The notes under the pieces were generated by a model, which worked only from the letters and a program-made list of their open reading frames with translations, ran no database searches and was not told the origin of the DNA. This document shows positions 1-14,064 of a stretch of 64,000 nt of DNA, in pieces. This DNA comes from Eledone cirrhosa (taxonomy: Eukaryota). The stretch spans positions 264,678,001 to 264,742,000 of the forward strand of contig OZ024740.1 of assembly GCA_964016885.1 (NCBI GenBank), given 5' to 3'. The position numbers and the translations under genes are program-made. Numbering within the stretch: position 1 is the first letter of the stretch; every line of letters begins with the position of its first letter.

Positions 1-1410
1 GCAAACTCACTGACACCATCGTCATCAGTCAAGTGCACTCGCATATTAGCTGTAAGTCTCAGAGACATTGATCGGATTGGCTCGGGTCCCTCGGGGAATT
101 ACAGGTAGAGTTTGTCCTAAATCACCAGCAAGAACCATTGTCACTCCTCCCCTTATGCAGATATTTTATCTCAGATTTCTTATTGTCCAGTTCAAAGCTT
201 CAATAGCTCGTTTATGGCTCATGCTGGCTTCATCCCAAATTATCATCTTGCATATTTGCAGAATTTTGACCTTGGGTGAGTTCCTCTTGATGTTGCAAAA
301 GATTGTTCATGCCGTGTGAGCTCTATGGGCAACTTAACTATAGTGTGTGCAGTTCTTTTTCCGTCCAGAAGTGTTGCTGCAATGTCACTTGAAGCCTCTG
401 TAAGGGCAATATGTTGCTATTGACGAACTGTTCTAAGCAGGAGGTTTATGAGGAATGTCATCCCTGTGCCAGCAGGAACATCGATAAAGAAAAGCCCTCC
501 CTTGTATTTTTTGAATGTATTACATGATATTGTAGTGTTTGTATTTCTGGTCATCCGCCAAACGATGTTCTTTTTCATCAATTCCACATGCTGCCACATG
601 CTGTAAGTATAATACCAAGCAACTGCCTTATTTGACTGGTTACACAACCGACGACGGCTTCTTCTAGACTCTTCTTACACAGTCCATGTCATGCAGGAGT
701 CCATGCTGTTTACATGCCCCTTGGTGTGTTGCGCACACTCTTCCTCCGAAGCACCCGAGATCCTCAAATGACGTCGGTCCCTGAAAAATATGCAGGAATA
801 GCCGTAAACAAATACAATCTCTGATTTGGGGGTGGACATTGTAAACACACTCAATAGCAGCATGCCCCATGACCTCTTGAACTTCCACTAAATGACACTG
901 CTTCCTTCGATTCCAGGTCTTGCAATTGATCGAGGTGTAGTATGTTGGGATGTGAGCATATAGGAGGGATCAAATTCCTTATTCTGATAGGTTTAAAAAG
1001 CAGTGTCAGCTTGTACTCGTGCCAACTGGTGAGCAGTGGTCTCAGTGATGTGCACTCTTTGTCTATTTTCTAGATGGACTGCATGGTTGACAACTGTTGG
1101 GGAACTTTAGGGGATATAAAATCCCAAATCCGCCAGATAGGTTTATTGCTGGAGATGTATCGACCTGTCTGACACTGTTTGATATTAACCAAACCACATT
1201 CATTGAGATCTTTGTCAGTAACGAATGTAGCCATGTCACTGCCCTTGTTGAAATATTCTTTGACATATAGTATTGCTTTGACAGAGCTGCAATACTCAAT
1301 ATTAATGAAAGCTTTTAGAAGTTTACACAACATTTTGATTTGTGAACCACCCATCGATAGGTCAATGGTCAACTCTAATTCATAAAACATTGGAAAAAAT
1401 AACGCCAAAA
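1..1410 (-). mobile_element. Decayed autonomous Helitron, Rep-helicase (PIF1) coding fragments
   Basis: Minus-strand ORF pieces in Helitron order: INIEYCSSVKAILYVKEYFNKGSD and RYISSNKPIWRI (1070-1408); YNVHPQIRDCICLRLFLHIFQGPTSFEDL (664-888); Walker A-like FFIDVPAGTGMTFLINLLL (417-647); then IIWDEASMSH and VLAGDLGQTLPVIPRG near 70-250. Multiple stops and frameshifts. Confidence 0.9.
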
Positions 1411-1987
1411 TGTATCAGACAATATGAATATATAATCTTAATTTCCCAGGGTTTGTTTGTACTATCTAAACTATAATAAAGTAAGCAGCGCGTGACTGCG
1501 TACGGTTTATAATGTATTACCCTATTAGTAAAATAAGTTTGATTACTTTGAATAAATAATGAATGAATATTACATAATGTATCTAATAAATTTCGTGGCT
1601 TTTGATTAAATATATTTTGTTTATTTAAAGATTCACTTCTTTACAATTTCTGAAATGTCAACACTTCCGGTTGACCATCGCTTACTAATCTTCTGTCACT
1701 AATTTCCTCCTAATGCAATTTATATATAATATCGTATTTTTTAATGTATCATGGATTTCGTTACTGATTAAATAAGACAGTGTAACGCAGTCGTTGTTCA
1801 ATTTCTGTGTATTATATATTGTCAATTGCGATTTTATTTGATGTATCATATCTATATGTATATATACCTGCGTATAATATCAATACACACACTACACATG
1901 CTAGCAGAAAACCACCCGAGGGTATATATTGTTAACATTAGAGAGAAGAAAAGTCGAAGGTCTGCACACACACACACACACACACAT

Positions 1988-2018
<31 letters not shown>

Positions 2019-2029
2019 CACACAGAGAG

Positions 2030-2060
<31 letters not shown>

Positions 2061-2219
2061 CCTAATATAAGAACGATGACACACACTCACAAATACTCAC
2101 ACAGACACACACATATATATATATATATATATAATGTATAAAAAACAATACAAAATAATTACCTCATTACCAGAGGTTTCCCGATTACTTTTTCTATTTT
2201 CAACGGAAACTTCAATACC

Positions 2220-2297
<78 letters not shown>

Positions 2298-3264
2298 TCT
2301 AACTTAAGAATGGCGTCTCTCTCTCACACACACACACACATTTGCCTCTAATTGAAGACCGCCGACACACACACGCGTGCACACTTACACATACACACGC
2401 GGCTTTCACATACAAACGTGCGCGCACACATACACACACTGTCCCAATGCCACTTTTGTGTAAGAAAGAGAGATAAAGAGAGGAAGAGAAGTAACGTTAT
2501 GCAAAGAAGAAAGGGAAGAGTTAAAATGTAAGATTAACCATCCCCAATTCATCAAACGCTGCTCCATCACGTTTTCTCTTCTTTCTTATTCTCCCCAAGC
2601 CCCCTCACTTTCTCATCATGTCTCTCTTCTTTCTTTCTCTCGCCTACCCTCTTCGTCTCTCCCGTCTTTTCTCTCAACTTTTTCTCTCTCCTACCCTTTC
2701 TCTCTTCTCTCTTGTCTCTCGTTTCCTTTACCTCTTCTTTCTTTCTCTTTCTCTACCCATTCTCTTCACTCTCTCTCATGCTTCTTTCTTTTTTCACTCT
2801 CACAGCATTTCTCTCTCTTTCATTCTTTGTCTACAAAATGGAGAAACAAAACAAAATGGATGACTTCTTTCGATATTCACAAGAAAAAAACGAAATGAAT
2901 TTAAATATATTACTATACATATACAATACGTCTGCTGGCATCACAACTGGCTGATAATACATGACCAGTGCCAATATATCCCCTTGATTGCATAACTACA
3001 GCTCTTATTGTATAAGCATCTAATGAAGTCACTAGCATAACCATGTAACAGAAATATGTATCATGCAACAAAGAAATTATAGTGAAGTAACTCCGTCTAA
3101 ACTACTCTTAATTTGATAAATGAATAGTCCGTCACTCCTAATCATCAACTTTCAGCTGGGATAATCTACTGCTGTGAAATGCTTTTGGATCGCTCAAACG
3201 GCTTATCTTCACGAATTCACGACGTAACAACCACGTATAAGCACCTTATCTTCTGCAATATATA

Positions 3265-3337
<73 letters not shown>

Positions 3338-3615
3338 TTATTCAAATCTGTTGGGGTCTTTTATAAAAATGACTACTACTAGAATTCTTTCATGTATGTA
3401 TCACATTTATTACCTCCTATTCGTATTTTATCTTCCTTTCATTCTTTCTCTTCTTATCTTTTTTATCTTCTTTCTCTACTTTCTTCTTTCTACCCTCTTT
3501 TTTATAATCTAACCATTTATACTTGCCTTCTCAGCCCACTTGGAAAATTCATTGTAACTACATATCTAAATAGTTAGATGCGAAGTAATATTGATTAAAA
3601 TAATTTTGATTAAAA

Positions 3616-3727
3616 TAATTGTCTCTACTTTAGGCACAAGGCCAGCAATTACCCAGTGCATTACTGATACTTTATTTTTTCGACCCCGTAAGGATGAAAG
3701 GCAAAGTCAACCTCGGCGGGATTTGAA
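3616..3727 (-). mobile_element. tRNA-derived SINE family 1 (octopus OK-like), partial copy
   Basis: Reverse complement of the recurring core TTGACTTTGCCTTTCATCCTTACGGGGTCGA...GCTGGCCTTGTGCCTAAAGTAGA. Confidence 0.8.
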
Positions 3728-3793
3728 ATAATGATTTCATTTATTAACCAATGAAATAATCTCGATTATGGTTTGTTTCAATGATATTTTTCT

Positions 3794-3860
<67 letters not shown>

Positions 3861-3998
3861 GCTCTCTCTCTCTCTCTCCCCCTATATATATATTTGTTCT
3901 CTCTCTGTATATATATATGATAATAAAGGTATCGTAAATAAACCCTATTGTACAGCCGACCATGTTATTATTCATTCTTTTACTATATATATATCTAT

Positions 3999-4953
3999 CT
4001 AAGGCGGGTAAAATTCCCGAGATCCATGGACGAGTTCTCTCCAGCGGTCTCTGTCCCTCATTATCGCCGCCATATCCTGCATCTCCAACAGACTAGTGTC
4101 TGTCCTTAGGGCATCAACATATGTTAACCTTGGTCTTCCTCTTCTAGTGTGTCCATGTATGGGCTCCCAAAGGAGCACTGAGTGCAATGTCAACTCTGGA
4201 TGTCGGTGAGCATGTCCAGCCAACCTCAGTCTCCTCTGTGTCACTTTTGAGCTGACTTTTGGGATGCTCCCATACAGCTCTGAGTTTTTCATCCTCAGTG
4301 TATACTGATTAATGTTCAGAGCCATCCTCAGCATTCTCGTGTAGCACCCATCCACCATCAAGTCATTACACCTGATGGGATGACAGAGTTCTTTGAGATA
4401 CTGGCTGGAGTGCTCCAGGGAGATACATTGGCTCCCTACCTTTTTATCATCGTAGTGGACTATTGTATGCGCCTTGCACTGGAGAAACACCAGGACACTG
4501 GCTTTACTGTAGCACCGGCTGAGAGCAGGAGAGCTGGGGCGAAAAAGGCATCGGATGCTGAATTTGCCGACGACATAGTTTTGGTGACAAATACAGTGAA
4601 GGAGGCAGAGGATTTGATGCGGGAGGTTGAGACTGTGTCGATGAGTGTGGGGCTGAGAATGAATGAGACTAAAACAAAATATCTGGTAGAGAATGTTGAG
4701 AAGCCAGAGGGGATCACTAATGTAGGCGGGAAGCCGCTGGAATTGGTTGAGGACTTCCTGTATTTGGGAGCAAAGATTGGGAATACGGAAGATGATGTGG
4801 TTGAGAGGAAGAGCAAGGCCTGGGCGGCGTGTCACAGCTTGAGATCGGTGTGGAAGTCGGACCTTCGTAGAGACCTGAAAATCCGCCTCTTCATTGCTGT
4901 AGTGGAGTCTGTGCTGCTGTATGGGTCTGAGACTTGGACACTGACCAAGAGAC

Positions 4954-4957
<4 letters not shown>
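3999..4957 (-). mobile_element. RTE-clade LINE, 5'-truncated with inverted 5' segment
   Basis: Plus 4360-4957 encodes RT (GVLQGDTLAPYLF, EFADDIVL, ESVLLYGSETWTLTKRLT). Minus ~4358-3999 encodes the immediately following C-terminus (MVDGCYTRMLRMAL...RRLRLAGHAHR...RRGRPRLTYVD...DRDRWR). Flanked by (TA)n. Confidence 0.92.
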
Positions 4958-5025
<68 letters not shown>

Positions 5026-5029
5026 TATA

Positions 5030-5927
5030 ATTTGAGATTAAACTCTCAGTCGTTTACAATAAATCAGCTCCAGGAAAGGGGCATTTCCGAGCAGTTAAAT
5101 ACATTAAAATATATCATAAACACAAAACGTGTTTGCATTGTAACAGACAAAGTTAGCTATTAATGAAATACACTAATTAAAGTGAATACAATTTGTCTGT
5201 CTCGATATAAGTCAATAAAGACAAGCTTATATTGGCAAAGGCCGTGATTCCTGGACAAATCTAAATTTCAAAATCCAAACCCGCTCTGTAGATGAATTTG
5301 AATTTCGAAACCTAAACATGTTTCGCAACGATGGTACGTGAATTGAAAAATAAATAGAATCGAAATGGAATTGAAATAAAAAGTGAAATATCCAAATCTT
5401 CTGTGCTTATCAACAGGAACCCAGTAAAATTAGCATATCTCACCATCAAAAATTTTGCAGGTCTGACTACACGTGTGTCTAGCCAGGCCAAAGTAGCCGT
5501 CCCGCATTCCCGGTGCTAGAAATAACAGCCGTTTATGCGGGATTAAAGATCAGCTCTACTGTTAAGGAGAATTATACTATATTATAATTTCAGATTAAAC
5601 TTTCAGTCGTTTACAATAAATCAGCTCCAGGAAAGGGGCATTTCCGAGCAGTTAAATACATTAAAATATATGATAAACACAAAACCTGTTTGCATTCTAA
5701 CAGACAAAGTTAGCTATTAATGAAATTAACTAATTAAAGTGAATACAATTTGTCTGTCTCGATATAAGTCAATAAAGACAAGCTTATATTGGCAAAGGCC
5801 GTGATTCCTGGACAAATCTAAATTTCAAAATCCAAACCCGCTCTGTAGATGAATACATAGCAGAGTATAAATATTTAATATAGAAATGGCTTCTACAGAA
5901 CTAGAACTGCTTCATTCGGGAGAAATC
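5030..5927 (-). mobile_element. PLE-like 3' region with partial tandem direct repeat and degenerate hammerhead
   Basis: ~265 bp near-identical direct repeats 5030-5297 and 5585-5854; hammerhead-like motif 5311-5417; 5853-5927 belongs to the family seen at 7020-7080; (TA)n on both sides. Confidence 0.6.
5311..5417 (-). ncRNA. Degenerate hammerhead ribozyme-like motif
   Basis: cctg-TTGATAA-gca..(long stem II)..tgc-GAAA-CATG-TT-tagg; palindromic stem III ACATGT; two core mismatches versus CUGAUGA. Confidence 0.4.
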
Positions 5928-5935
5928 ACACACAC

Positions 5936-6029
<94 letters not shown>

Positions 6030-6030
6030 T

Positions 6031-6140
<110 letters not shown>

Positions 6141-6844
6141 GAGAATATATTCTGGGCGAATGTGTTCGTAATTTGAGGTCATCTACAACAAGATGGTCAT
6201 TACAGGATTATAAACTGTTTCTATGTGAACTTATATGACATCGCAATGGGCGTCCATTAAAGATACGAAGCTCCCGATAACGGAACATCAAGTTTACCCT
6301 ATTTAATACATTCGATAATCAAAAGCAAAAAGGCAATAGTCATAATGATGTCTTTTCTTGTGAACTTTCATCTATTCGTTCGTTTCCTTCCTTACGGAAG
6401 CACTTTACTTCCTTATCTGCGTGTTCTCCATCTTTATGTGTCTACTGAATTCATTTATTATATCAAGAACACACTTCCAGTTTCCGCCGATATCACCACG
6501 TACATTTTCTTACTCTCCCATCACTCCTTCTACTCTTTCAAGCTATCGTCTGCATTTCTTTCTCCTTCCCCTGTCTATTTCTACATCAATTCACTTGATC
6601 ACAACACTATTTCTTTTGTTTAATTTTTGTTTACACTCGTCCTCTCCGTGTGCAATATCTATTCATCTAGTAACGTATGAATACGTATAAATACGTAAAT
6701 TTACTATATATTCCGCGAGATGTAATATATCATACAATATAGTGTTATATTACATCATATATTTGTATATATTTGCACGTGTTGAAAAAAATGAGTAAAT
6801 ATATACATATATAGACATACACACACAAGTACAGGTGTATACAA

Positions 6845-6940
<96 letters not shown>

Positions 6941-6941
<1 letters not shown>

Positions 6942-7125
6942 GTTTTAATATAGATGAGATTCTACAGGACTAGAACTGTTTCATTCATTAGAAATCATCA
7001 GGAATTTCTAATGTAGGAAACAGTTCTAGTCCTGTAGAATCTCATCTATATTAAAACTGTTATACTCTGCTATGTATTGAGTACCTTACTTACTGTGGTT
7101 ACCTCCGATTCAACCCGGAATAACG
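6941..7125. mobile_element. Fold-back PLE-like remnant with hammerhead core at the junction
   Basis: Inverted arms 6941-7003 and 7005-7058; minus arm reads c-CTGATGA-T-TTC-taat-GAA-T-GAAA-CAGTT; same family at 5853-5927 and 26265-26368. Confidence 0.75.
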
Positions 7126-7141
7126 TATATATATTTTATGT

Positions 7142-7797
<656 letters not shown>

Positions 7798-8229
7798 TTA
7801 AACTGGCATTTTTCCGTGGTATTCTTTATTCTTTGTGTATGTAACTATCTATCTAGCACTACATCAATGTATCTATATATCTAGACGTCCATCTCTGTAT
7901 ATATATATATATATGGTGGCTGCCAACTGGTTTTCGAGTACGGCCACTACTTTATACCCATGTAGGAGAACCCCTACCGATGCGCTGAACGAGTGTGACT
8001 TTTTAGTCCAACCAGCGACTTGAAAACTCTGGTACAAACACTACACTTGTGACAATTATTGACACATAATGCTGGGCCCATGGTACCATGTGACGACAAG
8101 TGCACAGAGATCTCCAGATATAAAGCAATGCCTGTGCCGTGAAGCTTTTATAGTAAGCAAAGGCACTGCACCAAGCCAGTCCCACTCTCTTAACGAAGAT
8201 GATATTTACCAAAAAGAAGAACAAGTCAA

Positions 8230-8520
8230 CATCATTGGAAACCATCAGGGTTGCAGGTGTTATATTAGAGTTGTCCTTCTCCTAGAATTCTGCCTTGACA
8301 AAGGCTAAGGGGTCATCTCTCCCGGTGATTTTGGATGGCAATTGAATCTTAAGAGCTCCTTTGCCCTTTGACAGGTTTTGTTTTTAGTCCTGCAGGATGT
8401 CCAAAGTCACCCTCCTCACCAAGAAACCTTGGTTAGGTTGCCAGTTTAGTCGCCAACGACCCGACTATGAGACAGATTGTACTGGGATACATGTTACCAG
8501 TAGCACCAACTGGTGACCTG
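8230..8520 (-). repeat. Dispersed repeat family (second copy 38570-38810, plus strand)
   Basis: Shared segment GGCGACTAA.C.GGCAACC...CTTGGTGAG(G)AGGGTGA.TTTGGACA.CCTGCAGGAC...AAACAAAACCTG. Confidence 0.65.
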
Positions 8521-8534
8521 ACATAATATATATG

Positions 8535-8601
<67 letters not shown>

Positions 8602-8656
8602 CCTAACATATATATATATATATATATATATACATACATTATATATATATATATAC

Positions 8657-8688
<32 letters not shown>

Positions 8689-8728
8689 TAAAATATAAGT
8701 ATTAATAAAATAGATGTTCTTTTGATCA

Positions 8729-8791
8729 ATTACATTTTATTATACATATTTCTGATGTACAACAGTACGTCCTCATCAGACAAAATATAAT
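8729..8791 (-). ncRNA. Type I hammerhead ribozyme
   Basis: attatattttgt-CTGATGA-ggacgtac tgtt gtacatca-GAAA-TATGTA-TA-ataaaatgtaat; 12 bp stem I; stem II closing pair G.A. Confidence 0.8.
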
Positions 8792-9377
8792 GATACATGA
8801 CATACCCTGAGATGTTAAATGGTTAAGATTTAATCAAGGAAGTGATTAATCCAGGGGAAAATTTTACTTAAATAGCCTATTCATGAGAAAATGCGAAAAC
8901 ATAATAATTTCATTAGAGAATCTGTGAGTAAGAAAACACGTTGCATACTGTAACTGTTCTAAAAGTTTTAAAGTGTATGATACTACGATATATCTAGGAA
9001 AATGTCTCATCATGAATCATAACAGACAGTGATAGCCACTGGAAAAGGATTTATAAAGAGGGAAACATAAAGGGTGTGTGTGTGGGGGGGGGGGGGGGGG
9101 TGATATATGCAGAAGGAGATTTTTTCCGAAAGTTAAACGGTTAAATTTGAAAATATTTAATTTATAATATTAGAGTGAAGACTCCAGATTTCAGGATTAT
9201 TTGCTGGTTATTTATAGTTACAGTATGCAACGTTTTTTTCTTACTCACACATTCTCTAATGAATTTACGTTTTCGCATTTTCTCATAAATGGGCTATTTA
9301 AGTAAAATTTTCCCTTGGGTTAATCACTACCTTGATTAAATCTTAACCATTTAGCATCTCAGGGTATGTCATGTATC

Positions 9378-9440
9378 ATTATATATTGTCTGATGAGGAC
9401 GTACTGTTGTACATCCGAAATATGTATAATAAAATGTAAT
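9378..9440 (+). ncRNA. Type I hammerhead ribozyme
   Basis: CTGATGA at 9390-9396; stem II gga-c-gtac/gtac-a-tcc; GAAA 9417-9420; self-complementary stem III ATATGTAT; predicted cleavage after 9428. Confidence 0.85.
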
Positions 9441-9575
9441 TGGTCAAAAGAACATCTATTTTATTAATACTTATATTTTAATATTAATAACTCCAGAAAA
9501 TAATGTTTTCATTGAGTGCTTCCAATCTACTGTAAAACTCATTCTTTGACATAATTATTGAATATTGTTTAACAC

Positions 9576-9673
<98 letters not shown>

Positions 9674-9823
9674 TCATATTTTGAAAATTTGGACTGTGAA
9701 CAACAATTATAATTGAGTGGCTGCTATTTGCAGTATAGCAATATAAGATTCCATTTAACGATGAAACGGTCGTAAATACCTGGATAAAATCCTTCTCTTA
9801 ATACTTACCTGTGTTTTCTCTTT

Positions 9824-9875
<52 letters not shown>

Positions 9876-10267
9876 CGTGTATATATATACACACACATAT
9901 ATATATATATATATATAAACATATATATACATACACATATACACATATATATAATACAGACATATATATATTTATATATATGTATATATATATACACTCC
10001 ATTGTTTCAACTGTGATCACCATTTCGCTTGGCTGACATTGGGATCCCCCCACAGCTCTCTCTCTCTCTCTCCTTTTCGTTTTCGTACATTTAATTATTA
10101 TCTCATATTACTTGCCAATCTGACACCTCTTTTCCCACCTCTTATAATTCATGTCACCCTGTACACTGAAGCGCGTGCAGAACACCGGCTCTCACGCAAC
10201 CACTAACACATACTGACTTATAAATATGCACATACACACCCAAATATATATATATATGTTATCTATA

Positions 10268-10452
10268 TAGGAACGAGTAGGATCCCGACGGCTGAGCTCA
10301 AGCCGTTTCGACGGCTAATTCTGGACATTCGAAACGGCTTGAGCTCAGCCGTCGGGGTCCTACTCGTTCCTATTACCCACTCTACTACCCTAAGTATTGA
10401 GTACTTTGGTGCGTTATGGTCCATCTGGTTCCTTACCACATTTCCTTCGTTT
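10268..10452. mobile_element. Fold-back mini-element family F (hammerhead 3' half GAAACGGC..GCCGTC)
   Basis: Arms GGAACGAGTAGGA.CCCGACGGCTGAGCTCAAGCCGTTTCGA and its reverse complement; ~85 bp unique tail; copies at 41911, 45717, 47050, 51462, 52739, 58088. Confidence 0.85.
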
Positions 10453-11021
10453 TATATATATATATATATGTTATTACTCTAAGGACCTATTGAGTGCTTT
10501 GCTAACTCATTCATATTGTAGGTCGACTTTGCTTGCCCACAGTCAAAGCTTCGATTTTACTAAGCTTCCACTTGTATTATTTTCTCCTAGATGCACTGGG
10601 TAATTGCTGGCCTTGTGCCAAAAGTAGAAACAATTATTTTCTCCTAGATTTAATAATTAACAAATTAATTTAATTAGATAATTCTGTTAATTGCTTAATT
10701 ATTTCTGTTTGTTTAATAACATCTGGTTGAGAGCTTTTATTCGGAATGTTAGCGGAAATTATTATATTTCCTTTGAATCAACACGCCAAAAACCGGGGTT
10801 TGTTTCCTTTGTTGGAAATAACATGTGACAACTAAACGTTCGCCGGCTGCTTTCGAGCGGCCGAATTTAGCTCATCCATTCCGATTTATGGCAGAACGGA
10901 ATCCCTGTTGATGAAATGAATCCTCTGTTCGATCATGGAATACCACGAGCGTGCCTGTTACGTAAGTTGGATAACTGATTTCGAATTCATAGAAACACTT
11001 TAAACGTATAACGTATATATG

Positions 11022-11097
<76 letters not shown>

Positions 11098-11197
11098 CAC
11101 ACATACATAAACACAAATGAAGCAAACAACGCACCTCAATGAAGAAACATATTAGTTTAACACTTTAAATAATATATATATATATATATATGTGTGC

Positions 11198-11313
<116 letters not shown>

Positions 11314-13046
11314 ATGTGGGGGGGGGGGGGCGTGCGCGCGTGTGTATGCTTCTGCGTGTAATAAACATGTCGAACACAGATATACAAAAACACAAAATCT
11401 TATTAAGTTCAAGTTTGGGAATGGAGATGAAGAAAACAAAAAAGAAATACATACACGTCTCAACATATCAGACATAATTACTTCAAACGGAAAAGAGAAA
11501 AGTTCGGTGTGTGTCTGTTTGTGCTGGTCGTCGTGTGTGTGTGTAATCATAATAGTTAAGTTAATGAATTGCGTTGCTTTTATTTATTAGTTAAGATGGC
11601 TGAAATGAATTAATTTGTTGTGTTTGTATAGGCATAACATGGGTCATTAAGCTGAACTAGGCAGTGGAGTGTGCTCCTGCTGCCTACAAAATGACTCAAA
11701 TACAATTTGACAACACCAATTTGGGTTGTGTGAAAGCGAGATATCGGCGCTATAACGATGCAATGCTTGCATTGCACTATGCTAATGTGCATATGTTTGC
11801 GGCTAGGCCCTCCTTGTGAAACCATTCATCTGACAAACTCCATTGAAATTAACTTACACCATGAATTCTTTCGATGGAGCTGGATTAACCAACCCACAAG
11901 TACATAGTATAGGAGTGTTAGTTGATTAGTCGTGTGATGTGTTGTGTGTGTGTGTGTGTATATGTGTGTGTCTATGCGTACCTGTATGTATGTTAGAGTA
12001 TATATGTGCGTGTGTGAGTATATTTGTTAGAATAGTCAGATGATGCTGGCGGTAGTGTATGTGTATTGGTGTATGAGAGTGGATAGTAGCTGGGTACTGG
12101 GAAAAAGCTACGTAGATGAAGCGGATGTTCTGAGTAAGATTGTACATAAAGGGTTTGAACATTAACTGAATGAGCACTCGCTATAGGTAAGCAGAGAGTA
12201 AGAATTATTGTCAAAATAAAATTTTGACAGTGACGCGAAAATTTCGTCGAATCCCTCTTCAGCCTTTTTGTTATATCCTACAACAGAGAGAAATATAGGG
12301 AAAAGAAGTGGATAACGCAATTGTAGTCTTTAAAAAGATTATTTACTCTACCATTACCGACTCCACAGTTGATTATCAAAACAAAATTCTTGTGCATGTG
12401 GTTTTTGGGGGATTGTCAGGAATCATTCTGTTGACTTGACTACTTAACACACCAGAAAAGGCATGAATTTTTGAGGGGGATTCTCACTAGCCACGTTTAC
12501 TACACCATGACACTTCCCATTTTTAGCGCAAACCGTACAACAACATGTTATTACTAGTTACGTGATCATCAAATTTTACTTAATCACATGATCATTCACA
12601 GCCAATCATATTGTACTTTAAACAGATTGCAATCTGAATCACTCTTTTGGATAAAACGGAGAGAAATTTCCCAACCAGTCAAATGGGAGAGCCATCACGA
12701 CATAGCGACACACCCTTCTATCTAACATAACTTTGGAAAATCATGAAACTGTGAACCCAGTAAATATATTGAAAATTTCAACTACTTTTTCTGAGAAGTC
12801 TCATGTTATTAAGACAGAACGGTGATCCATATCGATATTATCGGGGTTTCATTTCACTATTTGAAACGAACGTTAAAAATACACTAATTAAGCACTGAAC
12901 CGTGTCTTATTTATTTTCATTGTTCAACTTATATGTATATACATATATATAGAGAGAGAGAGAGAGAAAGAGGAAGATAGATAGATAGAGAGAAAGATAG
13001 AGAGAGAGAGATTGATAGATATATAGATAGAGAGAGAGAAAGAGAT

Positions 13047-13111
<65 letters not shown>

Positions 13112-13279
13112 ATTTGGTGTTGTGACCTGGGAGACCACAGTACTCAATGCATGGAGACACGCAGAGTATGTACAGAGGTATGTAAAATCCTGACTGGTTT
13201 CGGCTTGTGTGTCACAAGCCGAAAACACTTGGTGTCGCAGTCGGGATTTTGCAGCTCCCCTCTCTCTCTCTCTCTCTCT

Positions 13280-13377
<98 letters not shown>

Positions 13378-14064
13378 TTGTGTATAGAAGGTAAACATAA
13401 ATAATAAAAATAACAAAACAAGCGGCACAGTACATGAAAGAAATATATTAGTTAGGAAAAGAGTTTCGGACACTAGCCGTTCATCAAAATGATAGATTTA
13501 GAAATAGAAGATAGATAGAAAGTAAAGAGTGACGAGAGGAAGGAACGGGGTAAATGAGAAAAGATATTGGGGAGAAAAAACACACGGCCGTATTCAGTTG
13601 GCCACCTTGGAGAGTGGCAGGTGAATGGTAACTTTCGCGTGAAAGAGGTTTACGAAGGGACATAACTAGTATGAATAGTGAGTACGTGTGCGTATGCTGG
13701 TATGTGTGTGTGTGTGCGCTGGCTGGCTTGTGTGTGAGTTTATGTACAGGTGAAAGTTTGTTTGTATGTTTGAAGGAGAAGAATTGAAGCGTGACAAGCT
13801 GGTTGCTGAATGACGTAAGGGGTGTATAGGAATGCATATGAATTTCAACATATACGTACACAAACATACACATAACAACAACCGAGAGTGTAGTGAAAAA
13901 GGTTAGTGGACGGTATATTACATAACAGTGTATGGTTGTAAGAGAAGTTGCTTACATTCGCATACAATGATACTGTGGTACAATCGTAAACAGATAAGCT
14001 GCAAGCTGTGAGGTCATTACGCACCTCGGATGGAGACAGAAAGTGGTCATGGCACTAAAAGAAC

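Larger units (their letters stand above)
8687..9580. mobile_element. Large fold-back PLE-like remnant with a hammerhead on each arm
   Basis: Inverted arms ~8688-8955 and ~9216-9485, plus arm extends to ~9580; (TA)n both sides. Confidence 0.85.

Noticed and set aside
3999-4835. 278 aa minus ORF as a single gene
   Set aside because: Chimera of antisense RT sequence and the true RTE C-terminus across the inversion junction
6300-6560. Minus-strand LDIINEFSRHIKME...MKVHKKRH resembling PLE RT
   Set aside because: Too degenerate to call without a profile search
9670-9825. GAAACGGTCGTA hammerhead 3' half in a TA island
   Set aside because: No CTGANGA or stem I partner found
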